Part shown: positions 1 to 12,487 of the stretch, piece after piece | Layout: each line of letters begins with the position of its first letter | Numbering within the stretch: the stretch's first letter is position 1 | Origin: Amphiscolops sp. MND2022 | Taxonomy: Eukaryota | DNA length: 64,000 nt | Direction: 5' to 3' | Assembly: GCA_964187785.1 (NCBI GenBank) | Contig: OZ076409.1 | Coordinates: forward strand, 93,002,001-93,066,000 | Notes under the pieces: model-generated | The model's database searches: none | Seen by the model: only the letters and a program-made list of their open reading frames with translations | Told to the model about the DNA's origin: nothing | Made by a program: the position numbers and the translations under genes

Positions 1-3000
1 CTCATCAAGCACGAGTTTTCTGAAGGTATCGGGGTTGAATGTTTTCTCTGTAGCCCTATTCAGCGTTACACCCTTGACTTTGAAAATATTATACTCCAGT
101 CCTGTTTTAACGTTGTGAGCAGACAAGCAATAAAACTTTAGCCCTGCACTCCAAAACTTGTCAATCAAGACATCAGGAGGCAGTTCGTCGGTCATTTCGC
201 CCAGTCCACTCCCAATTGAGATATCCGGGGAATCGGTCAGAGATTGATCGTGGACATACATGATACTGTCTGTATCACAATAAAGTACATTTTAAGGATT
301 TTTCACCAGCTGCATATTGTTGGAAAGTATTATGTGAGTATGTGCAGTTGTGAAGGCAGCAAGAATCACATTTGTCTTCCGTGGAGCGTCTGCCGCGTCA
401 TCAATGAGTTGATATTGTAGCAGCATCAAATCATCGCCCACTAGAGTCGCATCTGTAACCCTTGTTCGCGATGTGAAATAGTCCACGACCTCTCGATAGA
501 TGTTGACGTACTTCGTTTTTGGCATATTATCCCGCATTCTGAGATAACCCCAGAAGCTGTTCAAAAGTATTTTAGCAATAAAGCGTAGACCTTCGTTTTT
601 CACTATCCTCGCAGGGTCAAGTGAAATGCCTTCTTTCTTCTTCATCTCCTGAAGATAACGCCTCTTATGCTCGGATATCATTTCTGTCGATGAATCAGAA
701 TTCATCTTCTCTTCACAGCGGCATGTTTTTGGCCAACCAGATGCCTCCATTTTTATTTTCAAAAAGTTATCGATATATTCTTTGAACAATGCCACAGACC
801 TTTTTGCTCTCGACCAACTCCAAATCTCTGCTACATCTATCACTCGGTTTCCATTTTCCAAAGCAAGCTTACCTTCTCGGGTAGCAAATGTGCCCCAGAA
901 ACTCCTCTCTTCCACTTGGCGATGAACACACTTCTTTGGTGTCAAGTCCACACTCTTTTTGTCAGGCATGCTGGATCTTTCTTCAACGCAACTTCGACAT
1001 AGCGGGAAAAACAGTTTCGATTGAACTTTGAATGGTAAAATTGGTTGATGTATATCAGACGGTGACAGTACTTGGCATTTTATCAGACCAAAATAATCCT
1101 CGTTTTTCAGTTTTATTTCAACAAAAGTTAAGGGGAATTCCAAAAGCGTTCGTTGCGAGAACTTTCGGAACCTCTGTGGTGGAGGCAGAGAATGTGATTG
1201 TTCAGCTTCACATTGATCTCCTCCCGAGTCTCGTTCGTTACTGGGCATTGTAAGAATCCTGTCAACCCGATCCAAAAATTTAAACTCCACAGCTTTACTT
1301 TGAGCTATATTCACATCCTCGTCAAAGCAACTTGTTTGAGGCGGTTTTTCATTGGCAGAGTTGCTGTTATTCCGAGCCTTTTCTTCACGCACAATCGATT
1401 GTTGTTGCTGTTCTGTAGCAATCAGAATCAAATCAGGATGCCCTGAAGCGTACACTGACCTCGAATTCACATATGGGTACAGCGAACAAACATCGACATA
1501 CTTGAAGGTCTGAGACTGTAGTTGTCGAGACCACTTCATGACAAAATTTTCTGTTCTTCCTCCAAATAAAGCGTCACGAGGCTGTAACGGACTGTAACGA
1601 ATGCTGTCATTTGACATCTGTTGCAGTAGTTTGATGGTACTCAGCCGATACAGTAAGGCCTGATGTATTACACGACTTTGTTCGACCTGCTGGATATCAT
1701 CGGAAATGCTCGAGGGGGAGCTGCTGAGTCTTGCTGATACTGACCTCGGCAAATGCGTCCACGTTGTATCAATTCCTTCTTCGTCTTCAGATATGGACAG
1801 TTCCAACAGTTTTTTAAAGTCACATTCCCAAATGAAAAATATACTATGCACAACAAAACGTAAATTATCTGTTGTTGTGAAGACTGTGCCGTTCGAGATT
1901 TGAGCTGATATCCAGTCCAGTCTGTCCATAACTGTTGTGGTGTACAAATCATGCATTGTTGTAGCATTTCGTTTCTTATTAACCTCATCTCGGTCTGTAT
2001 AACAAGAAGGACACCTGTGGAAGTAACATCCAAGAAACTCCAAAACTATCGACAGTTGTGGTTTCTGGACAACACTCCCACATGCGGTACTCTTTGATTG
2101 AGAAGTTCGTTTGTACAGAAGAAGTCCGTCTACTTTGAATGATCCAAGTGTCTGCTCCTTACCTCTGCCTCGCTTCAATCCTCCGCCTGATTTAAACAGA
2201 CGAATACTGAACTCGTTTGACTTCCGATCATTTGCAACTTGTTCCACCCACGACAGCCAAACGGCAGCCGGGAAAGACGTTAACTCATTGCCCGTGTAAC
2301 CGTTCTGAGGGAGGATTGCGATGGAGTCTTTCGGCATGAATAGTTGTCTGTAAATGTAATTACATGCTGATGCTGCTGTGCAAGCGACTTCGAACGGATC
2401 TATTCCGCTGCACACTTTCTTGATTAATGTTCCAAACTTCAAAATTTCTTTGAGTAGTTTAACATCTGACTGACAGTACGACACAGGTTCTTGTTGAAAG
2501 TCGTAAACGAGCTTATTAACTTTATAAAGCTGGGTCTGTACTGAGTGCCATTCCAAAAACGTGCTCACCGTTTGCTGTCCTCTCATCGAATTCAAAGCAA
2601 AAAGGCACGCGGGTGGAAATTGGCCTTCTTTGAGAGCAAACTCTTGGCATTCTTCTCTTGGTCATTTCCTGCATTGAAGCAGCTAACATTGCTTTGTGTA
2701 GCTACACAGTGATTGCAGTCGTTGGAAACAATCTTGCGCAGATTGCAGTTTTCCCCTTTTTCGCATGTTTGTAAACTATGCAGCTTTGAAGTAGCGGCGG
2801 GATAGAGGGCCTCTTTAGATGTCAAAAAATGAGGAAAGTATCCTTTTTTCAATTCTTTGAGATTGAACGTTGTGGGAAATTTTGATAAAGGTTTCGGCAT
2901 GAAAAGATAAGAGTCAATGAATCGTTTATTCCCCACACGCATTGACACAACCTTGTTACCTCTGAGCAAAATTTTGGGAACATATTTGTGTTGTTTGTAG

Positions 3001-4913
3001 AACCATTCCAGGATTGGTAGGAAATCGAACCCACTGCCAAAATGGGCAATAAACCATTCAGTTTGACGAACCTTTTCAACACTAGCAAAAACATCCTCAC
3101 AAAAATCGTTCATACAATCGTAGCCACAGTAAATAACTTCATCACCTGTCAAAGACTCTGCTGCCAGTAGAATTGGTTTATGTAGCCCTTCATTGCCACA
3201 ACTCTGGTCAGTTTCTAAGTCAAAAACCCAAATTTTGTCATCCGAGGGAGCTCGTGCAAAGTTGTTTGCTGGCTGGTCACGGGATGTAACAGTACCATCG
3301 TCATTGACTGGAGCGTTGCTCATTTTCCTGCGTTTGATTTGCGTCATCGGATCTTCTTTCTCAACTTCTTCACGATAATTCTCTCCGCCCAATAATTCAC
3401 AGTCAGGAAATTCGTTACTGGTATCACCATCCGGTTTTTCTCGCTCTATACATCTCTTCGGTTTTTGTACAAAACATTGATGTTCCGATGAAGGCGAAGA
3501 GGTGTTTTTACGGTCTGACAATGAGTAATGAACGGAGCATGTAGAACAGCGTTTTTTTGAGCAAATTTGATTGGAGAATGCTCGCTTAGGTACAGTATTG
3601 TCGCATGTAGGGCACAAAGTGTACAAATGACACACCCCAGAGGTAACATGGCAATCCAGACACTTTTGGCTTCGTACCTTTAGCCTGCATCTATCACACT
3701 GGAAAACCGGTGACTGGCGAGGGGTCTTTGACAAGTCATTGGACGAGGTAGTTCAATTGAGCGGCGAAAGGTTGATGAAACCGGTCCTATTGAGACAGCC
3801 AGGCTGCCGACACAGCAAACAACCACTGGCAGAGCATAAATGCTTCAGTGTGGAAAAGGCCTTGTGACAACTGTAACAGTAGTGGCAAGCATCGAATAGT
3901 CCTTTCATTGAGGTAACTAAATCTACATGTCTGTTTTGAGCATCATACAAAAGGTCGATATTCTGCTGTGCTTACTGATTATAACATTTAAGGAAAGTGC
4001 CCATAAAGTTGCTATCGTAAACAGATAAACAAAAGTCTTTCAACACTTGCGACTGAGACAAAAATGCTAAATCTTGTAGAGCAAGAGGTTTACCAGCAGC
4101 AGGAGAGGTTTGAGCTGTCTGATAGTGATGCAACCCAGTAGAGGAGTCGTCAAAGGCAGAGGTGGGAAGTCTTTTCGAGGAAGCACCACAAGCCAAAATT
4201 GTCTGCAATTCGTCTTGGGGGATGCTTGGATCAGATTTCAGAAGGGTTATCAAATGCTGCATTTCACGCGTTTGCACGGAAGCCCGATCCAGGTGCAAGT
4301 TTTTTTGTCGTTTTTCTTTTATTAGGCGGCCGGGGAGATCGCTCCTTAACTTTGATGCCAATTGCTATGGCCCGCAAAAGACAATCGTTCTGGTCACTTT
4401 TGATTACAATTATTGACTTCTTTTGTTTCGTGAAGAGCTTGATATCGGGAACAGTCCTGCTCTGTATGCCTCCAAGCCGGTTCCCGCCCATTGTTGGTAG
4501 AGAAACACTCAAAACGTTGACTTTGATATTGTTGCTAATATCAAATGACTCGTTGGAATTAACGACCCTGTCAATTTCATCGAGAATCAGTTCGGCGTTG
4601 AAATCCGCTACGGACGAGAATGGGATATGAATAGGATAGTTGAGGGTAGGCGCATTCAGTACCAATCGAATTCTGTGTGAATGACCAGGAAGATCTTGCT
4701 GTATCTCAGATATCAATTTGTTGATGAGGTGGTTGAAAATCTCTTTAATTCGATCCAGCACACTTTCAATGTCCGTGAAGTACACTTCATAGTCTCTGCT
4801 GGCCGCTCGCAACAGACTCTGCTTTGTGACATTCGATTTACACTATAGTACTGCTCAGGATTAAACCCCATGGCATAATCTGCAACAAACGCAATGCAAC
4901 AAGAATTAAACAT
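1..4913 (-). pseudogene. polB: Protein-primed family B DNA polymerase (Polinton/Maverick/adintovirus type), disrupted; runs off the left edge
   Basis: Motifs in the expected order across ORF pieces: IIVIKSDQNDCLLRAI (N-terminal), Cys-rich region, ExoI WVFDLET, ExoII AHFGSGFD, FIDSY...KGYFPHF, ExoIII YCQSDV, Vsr-like insert VDG...EFLGCYFH...IWECD, FGGRTE, YVDVCSLYP, KILLNSFWG. After the TAA at 292-294 the same frame continues NVLYCDTDS...GEMTDEL...KVKGVTLN. In-frame stops at 292, 3753 and 3972; frameshifts near 2595, ~4350 and ~4815. Confidence 0.93.
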
Positions 4914-5236
4914 GTCACAGAAGCAATTAAAACTACTGTAAGATTGATGAAGATTCCAAATAGTAAAAAAAAAACAAAATCAACAACATAAATTATATAA
5001 AGAAGGTATTTATATAAATGGTCCGGAAATCAACTTGTATACGCAACACGTCACAGAGGGGTTAGTCTGATGAGTATAAATGAGAACCGAAGTATTGTAT
5101 GAAAAAATGCCTATTTAGAAGCCAATAAGTGAAACGTAATGAGAAGTTGGCCAAAATTAAAAAAAATGTCAAACTTAACACACGCGCAAGAAAAAACAAA
5201 CACATGTACAACAAAAAATCGAGCTTTAAGAGACGT

Positions 5237-5956
5237 TTAGTTCATGAAAACTTCATCATCATCATCCTCAGTGGTGGCTATGTTCGTACCAGTCTCACCG
5301 TTGAACATAACAAAATCTCGTTTCTCAAACAATTTCTGGTTTTCAACGTCGGCATCGATTGTAATGTTCTCATTGTCGCCATTGGTCAAACAGTCGTCCG
5401 TGACATTTTGGGCCCGCTTCTTCGATGTGGTTGTGGTTGACCCGACTTTCGCGCCATTGACATTGGAAAAACCTTTCTTGCCAGTAGGCTTCTTTCCAAA
5501 AGTTGAGATTGACGTAGGTTCTCGGAACCCACCCGTCAGAGCTTCCTCCATCGCTCTCTTGAACTCCTGCGTCGTCGCAGATTTCACCCCTGATGATTCC
5601 AATGCCGCCTTGTCACCTAGACCAAGCAAAGCAACAAACGCAGTCAGCTCTTCAACAGTGAACGAAAAGTGACCCTGCCGCTGCAACTGGCCGCTTTGAA
5701 AATCGGGTTTGAATAGTCGCAGCCCGATGTAAGTCGCGGTTGACATCTCCGAAGAGAGGTTGTTTGGGTAGCACTTCACTCCGATTCTAACCCAGCGATT
5801 ATGCGACTTGGCAATGTCCCACCATTTGTCGTGGCTGGACTCGTCTTGCTCCGATGAGATTCGCCAGGGGGACACAACAGATTTTGCATCGTTTCCAACA
5901 ATACCCAGAGTCTTCTTCTGGGAGCGCTTACGTACAACACTGTTCAACCAATTCAT
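5237..5956 (-). CDS. Putative PC4-like ssDNA-binding protein with acidic tail (239 aa)
   Basis: Intact ORF next to pPolB. RWVRIGVK...YIGLRLFK...GHFSFTVEELTAF resembles the PC4 pattern (YIxIRxF...GxxLTxEE). Judged by eye only. Confidence 0.5.
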   Translation of the reverse strand: MNWLNSVVRKRSQKKTLGIVGNDAKSVVSPWRISSEQDESSHDKWWDIAKSHNRWVRIGVKCYPNNLSSEMSTATYIGLRLFKPDFQSGQLQRQGHFSFTVEELTAFVALLGLGDKAALESSGVKSATTQEFKRAMEEALTGGFREPTSISTFGKKPTGKKGFSNVNGAKVGSTTTTSKKRAQNVTDDCLTNGDNENITIDADVENQKLFEKRDFVMFNGETGTNIATTEDDDDEVFMN

Positions 5957-6382
5957 CTTTTTTCGTCAAAACAATGAGACTCTGAAACGGAAAGAGTACT
6001 GTGAATCTGAACTCTCAAAAATGTAGTAAAACATGTAATCAGCGACTTTAACAATAAAAACTGAACTGTGATTTGAAGGGAGAAAACGTTTTGAGACGCA
6101 ACGAATACATATATAGTTTGCTGCGTTTCAGACAGGATGGGAGAATCAATTTCAAGACTCCAACTGTTTTATGTCTTCTGCCAAAAAACTTCTAGACTGT
6201 ATAGGTGGCAAAATCCAAAAAAAACAGTACCGATTACAAACATTTTATTGATGAAGACTAATTCTTTCTCACTCCTTGAAAACAATACATTGAATTTTAA
6301 GCACTTTTAGGACAATTCAACGCTTCAAAAAACATGTTACAACAAGAAAGAACTGCTATCCAGCGCAACGTTTAATTACAAT

Positions 6383-7512
6383 TTACAGAGCTTGCGATTG
6401 CTTTCTGGTAATTCTATGGGCTTCCAAGAGAGACTTCCGGGAAACCATCAGGGGATGATGTTCATCAGTGACCGTTGAACCTTTTGAACAATTCTGAAAA
6501 AAGAACTTTTTCACCAGATGTTCAACATATTCGTTGGGCCATTGACAGCTAAACAAATTGTCGGCCTGCTCTTGATACATATTCAACAGACACTCTGGCA
6601 CAAGACTTGACAAGGTTTTTGGCTGATTAAAAACCTCTAATATCATCAATGACTCCGTGGTTTTGGTGAAGTAAATTCTAATCTCATCAGCGAGGTCACT
6701 TTGGAAACAGATTGTCTGCAAAAGTAATTGGTCGTTGAGGCCAAATCGCAGCACAACCTGCTCAAAATCGACAATGAGAAGAAATTCGAATATATTCTCT
6801 TCGTTATTGCTATTGAGCCAAATGGTCTCCAGTTTCTCTAGGCAGTCGTATGGCAAGAAAATGAGAGTATCGTTTTCAACCAACTGCATTTCTCCAAGAT
6901 CTCCAAGTAAAATTTAATAGGGAACCCGTCGTTGACGGATTCTACCGGCAGGCTGCTCAGACCAATAATGAAGCGTGTTTCCCCGACCAGCAAAGATGGG
7001 AAATCATTGATCTTCGCGAGAACCTTGAAGACCCTGACGGCTACATTGCCATTGAGGTTGTTGAAAATTATATCAGGAACTGCGACATCATGATTGAAGA
7101 TCCCATCGTCACTCCAATCATCGTCCGAATCCGAATCGCCGGCGGGGAATTTTTTTTCAATTGCATCGTAGTCAATATCAAGGACCAGATTGTCGAATGG
7201 TCGCTTGTAGTGATAGTCCATTACCTCGTATTTTTTCCATTTTATTAGCTTCACGTCCGTGTTCGATCCCAGAAATCCTCGGTAAACGTGATTGACGTCC
7301 ATGTCAATTGATTGACCGGGAGAAAAAACTTTGCTGTAGTCTTTCACTATAGCGCTGTAACCAAGGAAAATATTTGTGAACTGCTCGACGTACGGCGTGA
7401 GGACCACAACGTTGAGACTTGACCGTCGACCTTTCCGAAAATAGTCGTATAGAAGTTGAAAAGCGTCCCGCTGCTTTCGGAACTGCATCTCCTTAACAAA
7501 CAGAAAGATCAC
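6383..7512 (-). pseudogene. Hypothetical element gene, probably one ORF split by a frameshift near 6890-6910
   Basis: Overlapping ORFs 6838..7512 and 6383..6889 with protein-like composition, co-oriented with polB. Minus-strand AATAAA near 6245. Confidence 0.45.
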
Positions 7513-7809
7513 GTCGTTTTACAATATCTACAATCATAGTCTGTAACGGTTCTATTACTAAAACTACTGATTTCAAATGCAGGTCCTGTTAGTCCAGTGG
7601 ATACTGATTGGGCCGGATATTGTCGACAGAGTGTTCAGTGATAAAGGTTTGAACCACTGCCAGAGTCGAGGTTCAACTTTCTGGAATAGATACCACTGTG
7701 ATTGTTGATGTTTCGCATCACCTTGCCTTCCCAAGAGGCAGGCGACAATGTCTAGCAAATCATCATGGCCACGACATTAACAAGACCTTTTTTGTGCTTC
7801 AACATTTGA

Positions 7810-10582
7810 TTGCCCAGGGAGCTTGGCAAATAGAAAAAATATCCGGCCACCCACTGGGTCGTTACACAAGTCCTACGTACGTGTGTGCACTTGTATTGTA
7901 CATTGGCAATGTGCAAACAACACAAAAACAACATTGCCCCATTGACCAGGGAGCTTGGCAAAAGGAAAAAATAAAAATCCGCGCAACGCGGATTTTCTCC
8001 GACCACCCACTGGGTCGTGACACAAGTCCTACGTACGTGTGTGCACTTGTATTGTACATTGGCAATGCGCAAACAACACAAAAACAACATTGCCCCATTG
8101 ACCAGGGAGCTTGGCAAAAGGAAAAAATAAAAATCCGAGCGACGCGGATTTTCTCCGACCACCCACTGGGTCGTGACACAAGTCCTACGTACGTGTGTGC
8201 ACTTGTATTGTACATTGGCAATGCGCAAACAACACAAAAACAACATTGCCCCATTGACCAGGGAGCTTGGCAAAAGGAAAAAATAAAAATCCGCGCGACG
8301 CGGATTTTCTCCGACCACCCACTGGGTTGTGACACAAGTCCTACGTACGTGTCTCCACTTGTATTGTACATTGGCAATGCGCAAACAACACAAAAACAAC
8401 ATTGCCCTTTTGACCAGGGAGCTTGGCAAAAAGAAAAAATAAAAATCCGCGCGACGCGGATTTTCTCCGACCACCCACTGGGTCGTGACACAAGTCCTAC
8501 GTACATGTGTGCACTTGTATTGTACATTGGCAATGCGCAAACAACACAAAAACAACATTGCCCCATTGACCAGGGAGCTTGACAAAAGGAAAAATGAAAA
8601 TCCGCACGACGCGGATTTTCTCCGACCACCCACTGGGTCGTGACACAAGTCCTACGTACGTGTGTGCACTTGTATTGTACATTGGCAATGCGCAAACAAC
8701 ACAAAAACAACATTGCCCCATTGACCAGGGAGCTTGGCAAAAGGAAAAAATAAAAATCTGCGCGACGCGGATTTTCTCCGACCACCCACTGGGTCGTGAC
8801 ACAAGTCCTACGTACGTGTGTGCACTTGTATTGTACATTGGCAATGCGCAAACAACACAAAAACAACATTGCCCCATTGACAAGGGAGCTTGCCAAAAGG
8901 AAAAAAAAATCCGAGCGACGCGGATTTTCTCCGACCACCCACTGGGTCTTGACACAAGTCCTACGTACGTGTGTGCACTTGTATTGTACATTGGCAATGC
9001 GCAAACAATACAAAAACAACATTGCCCCATTGACCAGGGAGCTTGGCAAAAGGAAAAAATAAAAATCCGCGCGACGCGGATTTTCTCCGACCACCCACTG
9101 GGTCGTGACACAAGTCCTACGTACGTGTGTGCACTTGTATTGTACATTGGCAATGCGCAAACAACACAAAAACAACGTTGCCCCATTGACCAGGGAGCTT
9201 GGCAAAAGGAAAAAATAAAAATCCGCGCGACGCGGATTTTCTCCGACCACCCACTGGGTCGTGACACAAGTCCTACGTACGTGTGTGCACTTGTATTGTA
9301 CTTTGGCAATGCGCAAACAACACAAAAACAACATTGCCCCATTGACCAGGGAGCTTGGCAAAAGGAAAAAATAAAAATCCGAGCGACGCGGATTTTCTCC
9401 GACCACCCACTGGGTCGTGACACAAGTCCTACATACGTGTGCGCACTTGTATTGTACATTGGCAATGCGCAAACAACACAAAAACAACATTGCCTTTTTG
9501 ACCAGGGAGCTTGGCCAAAAGAAAAAAAATAAAAATCCGCGCGACGCGGATTTTCTCCGACCACCCACTGGGTCTTGACACAAGTCCTACGTACGTGTGT
9601 GCACTTGTATTGTACATTGGCAATGCGCAAACAACACAAAAACAACATTGCCCCATTGCCCAGGGAGCTTGGCAAAAGGAAAAAATAAAAATCCGCGCGA
9701 CGCGGATTTTCTCCGACCACCCACTGGGTCGTGACACAAGTCCTACATACGTGTGCGCACTTGTATTGTACATTGGCAATGCGCAAACAACACAAAAACA
9801 ACATTGCCCTTTTGACCAGGGAGCTTGGCCAAAAGAAAAAAATAAAAATCCGCGCGACGCGGATTTTCTCCGACCACCCACTGGGTCTTGACACAAGTCC
9901 TACGTACGTGTGTGCACTTGTATTGTACATTGGCAATGCGCAAACAACACAAAAACAACATTGCCCCATTGCCCAGGGAGCTTGGCAAAAGGAAAAATTA
10001 AAAATCGGCGCGACGCGGATTTTCTCCGACCACCCACTGGGTCGTGACACAAGTCCTACGTACGTGTGTGCACTTGTATTGTACATTGGCAATGCGCAAA
10101 CACACAAAAACAACATTGCCCCATTGACCAGGGAGCTTGGCAAAGAGAAAAAATATTAGTCCGCGCGACGCGGATTTTCTCCGACCACCCACTGGGTCGT
10201 GACACAAGTCCTACGTACGTGTGTGCACTTGTATTGTACATTGGCAATGCGCAAACAACACAAAAACAACATTGCCCCATTGCCCAGGGAGCTTGGCAAA
10301 AGGAAAAGATAAAAATCCGCGCGACGCGGATTTTCTCCGACCACCCACTGGGTCGTGACACAAGTCCTACGTACGTGTGTGCACTTGTATTGTACATTGG
10401 CAATGCGCAAACAACACAAAAACAACATTGCCCCATTGCCCAGGGAGCTTGGCAAAAGGTAAAAATAAAAATCCGCGCGACGCGCATTTTCTCCGACCAC
10501 CCACTGTGTCGTGACACAAGTCCTACGTACGTGTGTGCACTTGTATTGTACATTGGCAATGCGCAAACAACACAAAAACAAC
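7810..10582. repeat. Tandem array of about 18 x 156-bp units rich in short palindromes
   Basis: ACAAGTCCTAC recurs about every 156 bp (about 7866, 8021, 8177 ... 10514). Units carry AAAATCCGCG-cga-CGCGGATTTT (absent from the first, degenerate unit), ACCCA-c-TGGGT, CATTG-g-CAATG, GTGCAC and TGTACA. Confidence 0.97.
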
Positions 10583-10666
10583 GACTTCCAACATGTCAAC
10601 TATTGTGTGTGCCTCAAATTTGCCAAAAATGATCAAAAAAACTTTATCGAACCTTTCGTACCTCCG

Positions 10667-11119
10667 TTAACAACAAGATATTCTATTAACGTGGCTTTTT
10701 TGTTTCTTTTTTTTCAAGTTGATTGTGCAACTTGACTTTCGTTGAAGATTCGAATGTTCGCGAAGTAAACACCGCAGTTGCTTGAAGTATGCAAATAAAA
10801 AAACTGTCAAAAGTATGAATATTGCTTCAACATACCTCGGACATTGAGTCCTGAGAGATCTCCGATGGATAGACTTCTTCTTCCTCTTCGTAGGGCGGCG
10901 GCAAAACAAAGATCGGGGTGGTAAGCAGAGGCGACTGCGAGTTGGCGTTGATGATTCTAGAATAAATAAGTTTGATTGGCAAACTCGTGAAAATTTAATA
11001 AGAATTTGTTTTCAATCCAGTAAGCAAACGAACTAATAAATAACCCACATTTCCATTTCTGGATAGTTCTGGGTGGTGTTGGCGGCGATGCTGGTGGTGG
11101 TGTTGTTGTTTTGAGACAT
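10667..11119 (-). CDS. Putative three-exon microprotein (~101 aa) with a PPPY motif; exons 11119-11049, 10956-10836, 10780-10667
   Basis: Phase-consistent GT-AG introns of 92 and 55 nt give MSQNNNTTTSIAANTTQNYPEMEIIINANSQSPLLTTPIFVLPPPYEEEEEVYPSEISQDSMSEQLRCLLREH... A further 5'-UTR intron is possible at ~11197-11121. Confidence 0.4.
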
Positions 11120-11332
11120 GCTATAACAGAAAAAAAACTAAAGAAGCTTGCTATTTTTGTTGATTGGGAATGGAAATTCAGTTAGAAAAATACTAACATT
11201 TGCTGCGGGATTTTGTATAGTCGTAAAAGATAGAGTAGAAGTGTTAGCGTTGAAGAAAGAGCTGCTGTTGTTGATAAAGAGTTAATGATGAATAGTTGTG
11301 CAATTGAAAATTACAACAGATGAGTGTGTGAG

Positions 11333-11495
11333 CCAATTCTATTGGCCGTGAGAGCACACGGAAGTAAAAAAAAATGCTGCATGTGGGAACGGCGCGGAAA
11401 AATCCGCGCTCGTATAGCCTGCGCGGATAAATCCGCGCTCGTATAGCTTGTGCGGATGCGCGGGAAAAACCGCGCACGGCCGCCAGCGCGTGCGC
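11333..11495. promoter_or_regulatory. GC-rich promoter-like cluster: three GCGCGG(A)..(T)CCGCGC inverted pairs, E2F-like site, ETS-like CGGAAGT, CCAAT/ATTGG
   Basis: GCGCGGAAAAATCCGCGC, GCGCGGATAAATCCGCGC and GCGCGGGAAAAACCGCGC. The last contains TTTTCCCGCGC on the minus strand. Confidence 0.45.
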
Positions 11496-11945
11496 AAATT
11501 AAATTAAAAGCAGCCATGCGTGTGCGTATAGGAATGAATATTCATTTCCTTTTCAGTGATTCTTAAAAGTATTTGTAAAAGTGCTTGTGCTAAATTTTAA
11601 TTGAATTAAAATTTGGGTTAAAACTGTTCTAAGTACCTGGTTTATTTGCAGCTGTATTCTTCTCACATTTCTGGAAAAACCTAGATAGTTTTCTCAACGA
11701 AAGTAGGCTTAGTAACTAAGTACCTGAATGTTTCGTGTTTGAATTTTGTGGGCTGTCATTTAGACAAAAGTGTCCAAAATTAGCATAAAAGTGTAGATTC
11801 TTCCGGAAAAATTGCATGAAATTCAGCAAAAGTTATTTTTTTCTGACCTTTTTGGTTCGTTTCAAGCGTTTCTTAATATGGAAAAGAACAATTAGGAGTT
11901 ACGTTCTCAGGTCAAATTCCTCATAATTTCTTTTATTTTGGTGTT

Positions 11946-12487
11946 TTTTAGTCGGCGCTTTTCGAAGAAAAACGCAGACTATAGTAGTGACTTCTTTTTT
12001 TTAAAGACCAACGAACTGACAGATTTTATAAATTTTATAAGTTGGCACTAACACTAAACCGGCACTAACACTAAACCGTGTCACACTACTTCACTACCAC
12101 GTGGCCACTACTGCTTTTTCGAGGTCTGACAAGCAGAAGGACATGGGTTCGAGTCCCGCCATGACCAAAAATTTTTTGTGCAATTTTTTTCGGCTTTGTG
12201 AGACTTTTTTCGCAAATATCTCCAAAGGGTCCACCCTTCATTTTTTGTCTATTTTGCAAAAAAATGGATGTTAAAAAAACTCCCAAAGGGCCCCATTTTA
12301 CATGTTTTGGCACTATGCGACTTACGGGTGACCAAAAAAATTTTTGAAAAATTTCAAAAAAATCGGAATTTTTTTTTTAATTTTTCCTCAAACGGGTACT
12401 GTAGAAGAGAAAACTTGACACTTTGAAGTCCTTTTGTTATTTTTGAGCCTTAGATATGGCGCCGACTTGGGCCGTTCCCGGCTTGTT
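11946..12487 (+). mobile_element. Non-autonomous Helentron/DINE-1-like element (HINE), copy A
   Basis: Starts TTTTAGTCGGCGC with a local inverted repeat and ends GCGCCGACTT + 4-bp hairpin + CTTGTT. Contains a B-box-like GGTTCGAGTCC at ~12146. Confidence 0.75.

Larger units (their letters stand above)
1..11520 (-). mobile_element. Polinton/Maverick-like endogenous viral element, partial (right boundary uncertain)
   Basis: pPolB plus compact co-oriented minus-strand ORFs with TATA-like elements (~4995, ~6110). No integrase, ATPase, capsid or protease gene and no clear TIR inside the window. Confidence 0.65.

Noticed and set aside
7810..10582. CRISPR-like array
   Set aside because: Units are near-identical along their whole length, with no unique spacers and no cas genes; the context is eukaryotic.
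7698..10735. Long repetitive ORFs on both strands (up to 573 aa)
   Set aside because: They result from a stop-poor 156-bp unit divisible by three. Frames break at A-run indels, so there is no sign of coding constraint.
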